A DNA stretch of 56,713 bases from Chiloscyllium plagiosum (taxonomy: Eukaryota): contig NC_057718.1 in the NCBI RefSeq assembly GCF_004010195.1, positions 76,469,642-76,526,354 of the forward strand. The letters run 5' to 3'. The translations under genes and the position numbers were made by a program. The notes beneath the pieces were generated by a model, which saw only the letters and a program-made list of their open reading frames with translations, did no database searches and was not told where the DNA came from. Shown piece by piece: positions 22,775 to 34,665 of this stretch; positions within the stretch are counted from its first letter, which is position 1, and each line of letters starts with the position of its first letter.

Positions 22775-25700
22775 TTCATTCATGAGATGTCTTTGGCTGG
22801 GTCAGCATTCAACGCCCATTCCTAGTTGCCCGAGAAGATGGTGGTGTGCTGCCTTCTTGAACCGCAGTCCAGGTAGACCCACAATAGCATTAGAGAGGGA
22901 GTTTTAGGACTTTAACTCAGCAATAATGAAGGAATGGCAATATAGTTCCAACTCAGGGTGATGAGTGGCTTGGAGGGGGACTCGCAGATGACAGTGTTCC
23001 CATATATCTGCTGCTCTTGCCCTTGTAGATGGATGTGATTGCATGTTTGGCAGATGTTGACTAAGAAGCTTTGATGACTTTCTGTATTGTTTCTTACAGA
23101 TGGTACACACAGCATCAGCGGGTGGGAACAAGTGAATGTGGATGTGGCTTCAAACAAGCAGGCTGCTTTGTCCTGGAATGTGTTAAGCTTCTTGAGTATT
23201 AGAGCTACACTCATCCAGACAAGTGATCTTGACTTGTGTTGTGTAATTGGTGGACAAGCCTTGGGATGTCAGGAGGTGAATTAATCACTGCAGGATTCCT
23301 AGCTTAAGATTTGCTCTTGAAGCTACAGTATTTATATGGTGAGTCCAGTTCACTTTCTGACCAGGATGTTGACAATGGGGGAATTCAATGATAGTAACAA
23401 CATTGAATATCAAAGGGCAATGGTTAGGTTACCTCTTGTTACCTCTTGTTAGCAATGGCCCTGTCTGGCATTTTGTGTGGTGCAAATGTTACTTGTCACT
23501 CGTCAGTCCAAGCCTGGATATTGTCTAATTGTAAGCTGCTTTGTCCTGGGTGGCATGGAGCTGCTTGCTTTTCTTCAAAGTATAGAGGCCTTGGGATGAG
23601 TTGGGGGATATGATTTGGTAGCCAAAACCTGGATATTGTTCATATCTTTCTTTATTTGGACATGGACTGCTTTATCATTGAAAAATCATGAATAGTGCTG
23701 AACGTTGGGCAATCATCAGTGAACATCCCTACTTTTGACCTTATGATGGAGGGAAAGTCATTGATGAAGCAGTTGAAGACGGGTGTGACTGGGACACTAC
23801 CCTGAGGAACTCCTACAGAGATGTCTTAGGGTGGAGATGAATGACCTCCAACAACCACAACTATCTTTCTATGAGTCAGATATGATACCGATCAATGGAA
23901 AGTTTCCCCCCCGATTCCCATTGACTCCAGTTTTTCTTGGGTTTCTTGATACTACACTCGATCACATGCGACCATAATGCACGGGCTGCTACTGTCACCT
24001 CACATTTGGAGTTGAACTGTTTCATCCAGCACATCCTTGAACCAAAGCTGTAATGAGGTCAGGAGCTGAGTGACCCTGGCAGAATGAAACTAAACATCAC
24101 TGATCAGGTTATTGTTGAACAGGTGCTGCTTGATAGTACTGCTGATGACATTTTCCATCACTTTACTGATGATTGAGAGTAGACTGGTGGGATAGAAATT
24201 GACCAGGTTGGATTTGCCCTGGTTTTTGTGTACAGAACATACCTGATAATCTTTTCACATTGTTTGGTAGAGTTAGTGTTGCGGCTAAACTGGCACAAAT
24301 TGATTAAGGGTGCAGTTAGTTCTGGAGCACATGCCTTTAGCATAAGTGTGGAGTGAATCGAATTGGGTGAAGACTGGCATCTGCAATGCTACTTGAGACC
24401 TCTGGAGGATGCTGAGATGGATCATCCATTCTGTATTTCTGGCTGAAGATTGTTGCAAATGTTTGAGCCTTATCTTTTGCACTGTGCTGGGTTCTCCCAT
24501 CATTGATTAAGGAGATACTTGTGGAACCTTCTCTTCCATTGATTTGTTTATTTGTCCATCACCATTCACAGCTGGATGTAGCAGAATTACGGAGCTTAGA
24601 TTTGATCTGTTGGCTCTGGCATCGCTAAACTCTGACTATCACTTGCTGCTTATGCTGTTTGGCATGCAAATAGTCCTATTATGTAGATTCACCAGGTTGA
24701 CACCTCATTTTCTGGTATGCCTGGTGTTGCTCCTGGCATGTCCTCTTGCACTCGCCATTGAACCAGGGGTGATCCCCTGGCTTAGACAATAGACAATAGG
24801 TGCAGGAGTAGACCATTCTGCCCTTCGAGCCACCATCACCATTCATTATGATCATGGCTGATCATCCTCAATCAGTATCCTGTTCCTGCCTTATCCCCAT
24901 AACCCTTGATTCCACTATCCTTAAGAGCTCTATCCAACTCTTTCTTGAAAGTATCCAGAGACTTGGCCTCCACAGCCTTCTGGGACAGAGCATTCCATAC
25001 ACCCACCACTCTCTGGGTGAAGAAGTTTCTCTTCAACTCTGTTCTAAGTGGCCTGTGGTTCAGGCCACTTAGAACAGAGTGGCCTGAACCACATTTTTAA
25101 ACTGTGTCCTCTGGTTCGGGACTCACCCATCAGCGGAAACATGTTTCCTGCCTCCAGAGTGTCCAATCCTTTAATAATCTTATATGTCTCAATCAGATCC
25201 CCTCTCAGCCTTCTAAACTCAAGCATATACAAGCCCAGTCGCTGCAATCTTTCAGCATAAGATAGTCCCGCCATTCCGGGAATTGACCTCGTGAACCTAC
25301 GCTGCACTCCCTCAATAGCCAGAATGTCGTTCCTCAAATTTGGAGACCAAAACTGTGCACACTATTCCAGGTGTGGTCTCACCAGGGCCCTGTACAACTG
25401 CAGAAGGACCTCTTTGCTTCTATATTCAATTCTTCTTCTTATGAAGGCCAGCATGCTATTAGCTTTCTTCACTGCCTGCTGTACCTGCATGCTTGTTTTC
25501 ATTGACTGATGTACAAGAACACCTAGATCTCATTGTACTGTCCCTTTACCCAACTTGACTCCATTTAGGTAGTAATCTGCCTTCCTGTTCTTGCCACCAA
25601 AGTGGATAACCACACATTTATCCACATTAAACTGCATCTGCCATGCATCCGTCCACTCACTTAGCCTGTCCAGGTAACCCTGTATTCTCCTAACATCCTC

Positions 25701-28670
25701 CTCACATTTCACCATGCCACCCAGCTTTGTGTCATCAGCAAATTTGCTAATATTACTTTTAATACTTTCATCTATATCATTAATGTACATTGTAAAAAGC
25801 TGCGGTCCCACCACTGGTCATCGCCTGCCATTCCGAAAGGGAGCCGTTTATCACTACCCTTTGTTTCCTGTCAGCCAACCAATTTTCAATCCATGTCAGT
25901 ATTTTGCCCCTAATACCATGTGCCCTAATTTTGCTCACTAACCTCCTATGTGGGATTTTATCAAAGGCTTTTTGGAAATCCAGGTATACTACATCCACTG
26001 GATCTCCCTTGTCCATCTTCAGAGTTACATACCCAAAACATTCCAGAAGATTAGTCAAGCATGATTTCCCCTTCATAAATCCATGCTGACTCTGACCTAT
26101 CCTCTTACTGCTATCCAGATGTGTCGTAATTTTGTCCTTTATAATTGACTCCAACATTTGTCCCACCACTGAGGTCAGACTAACTGGTCTATAATTCTGT
26201 TTTCTCTCTCCCTCCTTTCTTAAAAAGTGGGACAACATTAGCCACGCTCCAATCCATAGGAACTGATCCTGAATCTATAGAACATTGGAAAATGATCACC
26301 AATGCATCCACGATTTCTAGAGCCACCTCCTTTAGTACCCTGGGATGTAGACCATCATGTCCTGGGGACGTATCAGCCTTCAGACATAACAGTCTCTCCA
26401 ACACCATTTCCTGCCAAATATAAATTCCCTTCAGTTCAGGTCCTTCAGCCAATATTACATCTGGGAGATTGCTCGTGTCTTCCCCAGTGAAGACAGATCT
26501 AAAGTACCAATTTAACTCTTTTGCCATTTCTTTGTTCCCTGTAACAAATTCACCCGTTTCTGTATTCAAGGGCCCAATTTTGGTCTTAACCATTTTTTTT
26601 TCTTTTCACATACTTAAAAAAACCTTTACTATCCTCCTTTATATTTGTTCCTCCACTGCCATCCCTGCTAGGGTATTGCACCATTGAATTTTGTCCAGCT
26701 CCTCCCTCATAGCTCCATAGTTCCCTTTATTCAACTGAAATATTGTCACTACCGATTCTACCCTCTCCCTTTCAAACTGCAGATTAAAGCTTATTGTATT
26801 GTGGTTACTACCTCCTAATGGCTCCTTTACTTTGAGGTCCCTGGTCAAATCTGGTTCGTTGCACAACACCAGATCAGAATTGCTTTCTTCTTGGTAGGCT
26901 CCAGCACAAGCTGTTCTCAGAATCCATTTTGGAGGCACTCCACAAACTTCCTTCCTTGGAGTCCAGTACCATCCTGATTCTCCCAGTCTACCTGCATGTT
27001 GAAATCCCCCATAACAACTGTAGTAATATCTTTGCTATAGGCCAATTTCAGCTCCTTATTCATCTTACACACTACATCCAGGCTACTGTTTGGGGGCCTG
27101 TAGATAACTCCGATTAGGGTCTTTCTACCATTAGAATTTCTCAGCTCTATCCATACTGATTCTACATCCCCTGATTCTAGGTCCTCCCGCGCAAGGGACT
27201 GAATATCATTCCTTACCAACAGGGCCACCCCACCCCCTCTGCCCGTCAGTCTGTCCTTACGATAGCATGTATAGTCTTGAATATTCATTTCCCAGGCCCT
27301 GTCCACTTAAGCCATGTCTCAGTTATCCCCACAACATCGTAACTTCCAATTTCCAAATGAGCCTCAAGCTCATCCACCTTATTTCTAATGCTTCGTGCAC
27401 TCATATATAATATTTTTAATTTGTTACTCCCCTCACCCTTCCTATCAATCCCTATTTCACTTGACCTTACGGCATGATCCTTTTTTGAGTTTTCGGCTCC
27501 ATTGATTCCCTTGTCTTTCTTGACTTCTCTTGTTCTAACTTTTCCTTTAACTTCCTTCTTAAACTTCCAGTTTGTCCCCTCCCCCCCCACTATTTAGTTT
27601 AAATGCAGCTGTGTTGCAGTGGCAAACCTACCTGCCAGAATGCTGTCCCCCACCTATTAAAGTGCAACCTGCCCCGCTTGTATAATTTATCCTTACCGCT
27701 AAGCATACCCCAGTGATCCAAGAATTTAAATTCTTGCTTCCTGTACCAGTTCCCCAGCCACACATTCAAGTCCATTATCCTCTCCAACCTGAGGAGCTGG
27801 AAGCAAACCGGAGGTAACCATCCTGGATGTCCTGCTTTTCAGCCTTCTTCCGAATTCTCCGAAGTCCCGCTGTAGAATGCCCATCCTCTTTTTCCCGATG
27901 TCATTTGTGCCAACATGCACCACCACGTCTGGCTCTTCACCTTTGCACTTGAGGATTTCCTGCACTCTTTCCTGTACTATGCCAAACCATGAAATTGCAG
28001 ATTGTGTTGCACAAGTCTGCTGCTGCTGCTGATGGCCCACAGCACTTCATGGATGCCCAGTCTTGAGTTCCTACATCAGTTTGCAGTCTATTCCATTTAA
28101 CATGGTGATAGTTACGCTCAATATGATGGGAAGACAGAACTGTGTCTCCACAAAGAACGTGCTGTAGTCACTCACACCGATACTCTCATGGACTGATGCA
28201 TATGCAGCAGGTAGATTGGTGAGGATGAAGTCAAGTATGTTTTCCCTCTATTTTGTTCCCTCACAGTCTTCTTCAAATCCAGTCTAGGACCCTTCTCCTT
28301 TAGGACCTGACCAGTTGGATCAATAGTGGGGATGTTGAGCCACTCTTGGTGAGGGGCACTGATATCCCCTACCCTGCACCCTTCCCACACTCAATGCTTC
28401 CTCCAAGTGCTGTTCAATATGAAGGAATACTGAATCATTAGCTGAATGGGAGGCAATTATGTAATAATCAGCAGGGAGTTTCCATGTTCAAGTTTGACCT
28501 AATGCCCAGGGGACTTCACAAAGTCGCAAGGCACCATCATTCTGCCACCTCTTATGTGTCTGACCTGCCAATGAGACAAGATATACCCAGGAATGGTGAT
28601 GATGTTGCCTGGGACACTGTGAAATGTATCATTCCATGAGTACAGGTAAAACAATCTGATGTTTGACTCG
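22775..28670 (-). mobile_element. Old CR1-group LINE (decayed endonuclease + RT), split by a younger CR1 at 24784-27975
   Basis: Minus-strand remnants LKACAPELTAPL, PQGSV...FNCFINDFP, LNTFQDKAACL (left part) and IITIPGYILSHWQVR..RGG (endonuclease, 28500-28660); 3' tail near 22775-22830. Confidence 0.8.
24784..27975 (-). mobile_element. CR1 LINE, ~3.2 kb, with frameshifted ORF1 (SGNH esterase) and ORF2 (APE endonuclease + RT)
   Basis: ORF1 EPDVVVHVGTNDIG; endonuclease ARSIRNKVDEL, VGITETWL, GGGVALL, IYRPP, MGDFN; RT NYRPVSLTS, YLDFQKAFDK, FADDTK; tail (CTATTGT)n at 24784-24797. Confidence 0.95.
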
Positions 28671-28684
28671 CCTGTGTTTAGGCC

Positions 28685-28870
28685 CTTAAAGGACATTACA
28701 TTGGAGAGCAACATGGGTTTTTATAACAATGGATTTATGGTCATCATTTGATTTTTTAATTCCAGATTTTTATTGAATTCAAATTTTGCCATTTGTTATG
28801 GTGGGATTTGAACCCATATCCCCACAAATTTGTCTGGATCTCTGGATTACATGGCCAGTGACAATACAAC
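28685..28870 (-). mobile_element. Fragment of the second tRNA-SINE family
   Basis: cttaaaggacatta...atgggtttttataacaat...ttattgaattcaaatt...ggtgggatttgaaccc (B-box) ...ctctggattac. Confidence 0.6.
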
Positions 28871-29595
28871 TTTATAGTCTCTTCCTACTTGGTTTTTACT
28901 GGTGATTCCTACTTTTTGTGACCTTCGTAAAGACCCCCTTTTCTTTACTAAATTTTTTTCCTCCTCAGTTTAAATAAATTATTCCTGTCTTTATTGAAGC
29001 TCTTATGAAACATTTCCTGCAATTTCTGTGATTGTAACATAGATTTTTAAACTTTCTATTCTCTTTAGAGTAAGCCTGCATAGAATTTTAATCTGCAAAA
29101 TGTTATCACTTTAATTGTTGGCTTCACGAGTTTGTGACCTTCATTCAGTATTTCTTATGAGGCTCTTTACTTCTCTTTTAGTGGTGTGCGTCATGGTGTC
29201 TGCTTGTTGTGGTGGCAACGCTTGATTTGAGCAGCAGATAACTTTTGAACTTCTTGCTTTTCCTGCCCGGAATAATGTGCTTCTTTCAGGTTTCCCCTTG
29301 CCTACCAAGACCTTTTAATTTTACTAACAAACCCTCCAATGACTGTTCACTCACCAGCTGAACTGTGATTCGGAATTACACCTCGCACCACAACCACCTC
29401 ACAATGCACCGTGCATCTGCTTTGGGGTTACTAATTCCCTTTCTCCAACGAGTTGTTATTTTTCCTGTCGCAGTTCATTTCTTACCAAGTCAGAAACCAT
29501 TCTGAGGGCTGCTACAAGAGTTTCTTCTGTTCAGTTTTTAAAGCTTTAACTCTTGCCTGCTGCTGTGTTGTATGAGCTGGCAACATAAAGTTAAT

Positions 29596-29897
29596 GATTA
29601 GATTAGATTCCCTACAGTGTGGAAACAGGCCCTTCAGCCCAACAAGTCCACACCGACCCTCTGAAGAGTAACCCACCCAGACCCATTTCCCTCTGACTAA
29701 TGCACCTAACACCAAGGGCAATTTAGCATGGCCAATTCACCTGACCTGCACATCTTTGGACGGTGGGAGGAAACTAGAGCACCCAGAGGAAACCCACACA
29801 GAGAGAATGTGCACACAGACAGTCACCCGAGGCTGGAATCAAACCTGGGACCCTAGTGCTGTGAGGCAGCAATGCTAACTAACCACTGTGCCGCCCC
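29596..29897 (-). mobile_element. HE1 SINE
   Basis: Minus-strand tail (TAATC)n, V-domain and head. Confidence 0.92.
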
Positions 29898-30011
29898 ACT
29901 TCACCACCCTGTCCCTGCCACCCCCTTTATCTTCATTAAATCTGAAGATAACACACCTCTGCTCACCATGAGTTAAATCAAATCCACACTGCTGCTTACC
30001 ATGTATTATAG

Positions 30012-30660
30012 TAGACAGACAGACAGAAGTCGACATTTCGGGTATAACCCTTCTTAAGGTGTGGGTGTAGGGGGGGCTGCAGATCAAGGGGGTGTCAGGG
30101 GCAGGATGGTGAACAGGGGATAGGTGAAGACAGGTAGAGGGTGCGACCTGGTTGGTCAATGGGAGGGATGGGTCTGATGGGTGGCAGGGAGGAATGGAAG
30201 GGAGCGGGAGGGTGAGGGACTGGGAAAGGAGTCGGGTGATGGGAAGGGAGGTTATTTGAAATTGGAGAACTCAGTGTTGAGTCCTGCAGACTGTAGGCTG
30301 CCCAGGCTGAAGATGAGGTGTTGTTCCTCCAATTTGCAGTTTGATTTGTTGTGGCAATGGAGGAAACCATCCCCCGACTCCTTTCCCAGCCTCTCCCCCT
30401 CCCTTCCACTGCTCCCTGCCACCAACCGGTTTCATTCCTCCTATTGACCAACCAGGTCATACCTTCTACCTATCTTCACCTATCCCCACCACCACCCTGC
30501 CCCCCTTTTATCTGCAGCTCCCCCTACACCCACCCCCAGGCCTGAAGAAGGGTTACCCTTGAAATATCAACTTTACCAACTCCTGATGTGTTTGCTGTGT
30601 TTCCAACCTCCTGCCTGTTTACTTTGGATTTCAGCATCTGCAGTTTTCTTTGTTCCCCAG
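30012..30660. mobile_element. PLE insertion built as an inverted repeat around a GIY-YIG C-terminal fragment
   Basis: Arms ~30028-30240 and ~30366-30572 are reverse complements; spacer on the minus strand encodes LHCHNKSNCKLEEQHLIFSLGSLQSAGLNTEFSNFK*; 12-bp TSD catgtattatag at 30000-30011 and 30661-30672. Confidence 0.88.
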
Positions 30661-31239
30661 CATGTATTATAGGCATGCGAGCTCACTACACCATATGAAC
30701 TGCTGCTCATGATAAAGGTTGCATGATCTAGTCTGATAGAGGAAAACTACTTCCTGGTCTAACTAGAAGAATCTCTTATAATTGATATGATAAAGCTTAT
30801 CGCATATTAGCAACTGGTTGCAGGTTGCATTAGATGTTAATACTGAAACTTTGAGGAGGATCAAATGTTATATCTCACACTTCCAAGATTCAAAGCTGTC
30901 CGTTCCACAAATCTTTATGACATTGTCATAATTAGAATGCTTATGGCATTCCTCAGTCTTAATACTTTCAGACTAATACACAACAGAAAACTCTCATATT
31001 ATTCAAAGCTTCAATTAGCTGGTAAGGCCTTTTAAAAAAATACATTACTACGTTTGGCACCTGTGCAGCGAGCAGGTGTGGTGGAGATTTTATGCTTGTT
31101 TAAAATTGCTTTCCTTGGTAACAGGCAATGGTCTACAGAAAATATGTAACATTGCATGAAACCAATTCTTTGATTATATAATCGCTGATCAAAACTAAAC
31201 TTTCAATATGATACAGTGTAAAGGCAGAAGGAGTAGCAA

Positions 31240-31865
31240 TGAACATTTGCATTCAGAAAGACCTGGGTGCCCTTGTAAATGAATCACAGAAGGTTAACAT
31301 GCAAGTTACAGGGAGGTAACTGCTATGCCAGTTTTTATTACAAAGGGATTGGTGTATAGGAGTGAAGAATACTTACTACAATTATGCAAGGCATTGAGGA
31401 GGCCTCATGAAGGAAATACTATGTGTATTTTTTCACTCTCCTTACCTAACAGGGAACATATGTGCTTGGGAGAGAGTACAACAAAAGTTCATCAGGGATG
31501 AAGAGAGTTTGAATAAGGGGAGATTGTCTGGACTCAGTCTATTTAGTTTGGAGTTTGAAGCTTTGAAGAATTAGATAGAATTGGATTGGATGAGAAGGTC
31601 GGGGATATCTGGAAGATGGGGTCATAAACCTAGAAGGCAAAGGTATAAAGCTACTTAGGACTGCAATGATTCTGAATCATTGGAATTTTCAAACCCAGAG
31701 AGATCAACATAAAGGTCATTAGACATTTGAATACTAAGGGAATTAAGAAATTTGGAGGTTGCATAGGAAGGTAGTGTTGGTATAAAAGATCTGACATGGT
31801 CTTATTGAGTGATGAAGCAGGTTCAAAAAAGCCAATGAGCTGCTTCTATCTCCCATATTCTTATA
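31240..31865 (+). mobile_element. Degenerate CR1 3' fragment
   Basis: cagaaagacctgggtgcccttgta...gagagagtacaacaaaagttcatc...tggaattttc..acccagag...atcttattgagtgatgaagcagg. Confidence 0.7.
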
Positions 31866-32189
31866 GTGAACTTTTAACGGCTGTGTTTTTGGTAAGCATT
31901 GTCAGCATCATAGAAAATGTAAGAAGCGTCACCACTTCAAAAAGAAAATTTTTCTGATGTACTTTGTAAATCAGGAAATGTGGATCTCTAAATAACTGTA
32001 TACAGAAGAGTCAAATTCACTCCTTCAACTCATTCACTATTTAAAGGAAGGATCACATGGAACAAATGAAAATCCTGCCATCATGAGAGATCCCTGCTTG
32101 ATGTTGAGAATTTTGAGCATAAAACCATCTCATAATCGCAGGATAGTTTGGGGCAAAAGAGCTTTCCAGCCATATATTGTCCTTCAAAT

Positions 32190-33520
32190 AACAAGAACTT
32201 GCATTTATATAGCATCCTTAACATAGCAAAGCATCCAAAGGAGCAGGGAAAGAACATTCTCAATGTTCTTAGTGTGGAGGCAAGTCTACTATGGAGGTGG
32301 AAGCTGGCAATGTTGGTATTGCAGTGAATATGTAATTGAAAATTCATCTCGAGGTCATGGACAATACAGAAGTTGCAAATAGTCTGTTAACCACATTAAA
32401 TCTGGCATCTAGGCTTGATAATGACATAGTTGGCAATGCAATTCAAGGCTATGCAAGTAGAGAGATCTTAAAGCATTGAAGTGCCAGAGAAGTCACAGAG
32501 ATTGAGGGGAGAGGTTGTGAAGGATTTTAAAAGCAAGGAAGCAAATTTTAATGTTGATGTGTTGTTGAACTGGAAACCTAGAAGGCAAAGGTATGATGGA
32601 CAAATTGAACTTGATGCAAGTCAGGATAGATGGGTTCAAAGTGTTGGAGGTTGGCTGCGAACTTTAGAATAAAAACAGAAAATGCTGGAGGAACACAACA
32701 GGCCTGGTGGCATCTGTGAAGACAGACTGAATGTTTCAGGTAGAGATCCTTTCATCAGGTGAGTCCTATCAATTATCATAGATGTTGGAATACTCAAGTC
32801 TTGAAATAACAAATGCATGGATGAAGATTTCAGTAGCAGATATGCAGAAGCAGGGGTGGAGGTGAGGGTACTATGGAGGTGGAAGCTGGCAGTATTGGCA
32901 TTGCAGTGAATATGTGATTGAAAACTCATCTTCGAATCAAGTACAAAAGTTGCAAACGATCTGGGTTAACTTCAGATATTTGGCAGGAGACGAACTGAAC
33001 CAAAGCTTAGGGAATAATTAGTTTTCCTAACTGTGGGAACATTCTGCTCATTCAGTTTGACAAACAGTCTAACAAATCAGAGATGGTGGGGGGATTGAGA
33101 AGTGTTGGCAAGATAGAGCTGAGAGTCCTCAGCATACTTGTACAGGATATCACTGTGAAAGAAATGCAGATGGGAAATAGGAGAATGCACAAGTTAGATA
33201 TTTGTGATTTCCCCGAGGTAACATGCAGGAACAGAAAGAGGAGCCAATGTAGTGAGTGAGGGCGGTGCCATCAAACTGGAAGACATAGCCAAGGTACTGG
33301 AGGGGAATGCTGCAGTCAACAAAGGTTGGAGACTGTTGATAAGGGATAAAGGGGAATAGTTTACCACAGTTGGAGTCATATAGTGTTACTTGTGACATTG
33401 TTAAGGGTTACTTCAATACCATGACAGCATATGACTCAACATGGAGCTCAGGAAAAGACGGGCACAGAATTGGAAGTTGACAGCATGGTCAACAGCTTTA
33501 GAGAGGCAAGAGTTGTTAGC
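32190..33520 (-). mobile_element. Fragmented L2-type LINE remnant
   Basis: Tail aacttgcatttatatagca at ~32196; RT-like minus-strand remnants (cagcatacttgt..., aaagctgttgaccatgctgtc); very diverged. Confidence 0.5.
32667..32760 (-). mobile_element. PLE 3'-tail fragment with hammerhead remnant
   Basis: Minus strand CUGAUGA-AAGG-AUCUCUA-CCU-GAAA-CAUUC followed by cacagatgccaccaggcctgttgtgttcctccagcattttctgttttta. Confidence 0.65.
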
Positions 33521-34179
33521 AAAGTACAAAATCTAAACTACAAAATAGTAGCTTTACAATTGTTCCATTACAACAACTAGTCTTAACACCACTCATTCTT
33601 TTCATATGATACGCAGTAACTGTCATGAGATGTCAAAATTTGTGTGATTTATATCCATCAGATAGTCTGTCTAAATTTCTAAATGAGTCTTGACTTAAAT
33701 ATGCAAACTGCAGATGACCTTTAACTAGAGACTTGGGGAAATCTACTCCTCAAATGACCAATAAATGCTGAACTGTGTGATTGTGAGATTGGAGAGTGCT
33801 ATATGTGATTACACACCTGGGCCCGTATTTTCACTCCAGCGTTGGGTTGCAAGAGAAAAAATACCATCCAGGCCTCTTCAGGAGAAGTTAGCCTAAAAGG
33901 TAGGATGTTCAGTCTGAGATGGAGACTCGAGTTGCTGCCGCCACATACAAAATGGAAGCTACCACAGGGGCTGACCAGTTCTGAGGTGGGCTGTTTAAAG
34001 GACCCACCTTGTTTTTGGAATTTCAGACCATTTCTGCTAAATATTAGGACCTCACCCTTCACACCCCTCACTTCTTATGCCTTCCAAAGCAAAACATGCA
34101 CCTCGACTCATCCCATGGCACCTTATACCTTGAAGAAGAAGCAAAGAGCTTTATACCATCCATGACAAAGCAGCTTACA

Positions 34180-34665
34180 ATTAGATAATATCCAGGCATG
34201 GGCTGACATGTGGCAATTAACATTCACACCATGCAAATGCCAGGCAATGGTCATCTACAATAAAAGACAATCTAACCATTGCCCCTTGACATTCGATGGC
34301 ATTACTATCACTGTATCTCCCAACTATCAACCTACAGGCGGGTTCCATTGACTAGAAACCGAACTGAACTCACTATTATGAATACAATGGCTACAAGAGG
34401 CTAAGAATACTGCAGCGAGTAACTCACCTTTTGAATCCCCAATACTTATCCATCATCTTAAAGGCACACATCAGGAGTGTGATGGAATACTCTTCACTTG
34501 CCTGGATGGTTGCAGCTCCAGTAACACTCAAGAAGCTTGATACTATACAGGCCAAAGCAGCTTGCTTGATTGGCACCTAATCCATAAACATCTATATCCC
34601 CCCATCACTGACGCTCAGTAACAACAATGTGTACTATCGACAATATGCACTGCAGAAATTCATTG
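34180..34665 (+). mobile_element. Fragment of the same old CR1-group LINE family as 22775-28670
   Basis: Reads DNIQAWADMWQLTFTPCKCQ and later KLDTIQAKAACLIG. Confidence 0.75.

Noticed and set aside
27726..28040. ORF beginning MGHQQQQQ fused to an esterase-like domain
   Set aside because: Chance read-through across the junction between the old host LINE and the 5'-truncated CR1 ORF1
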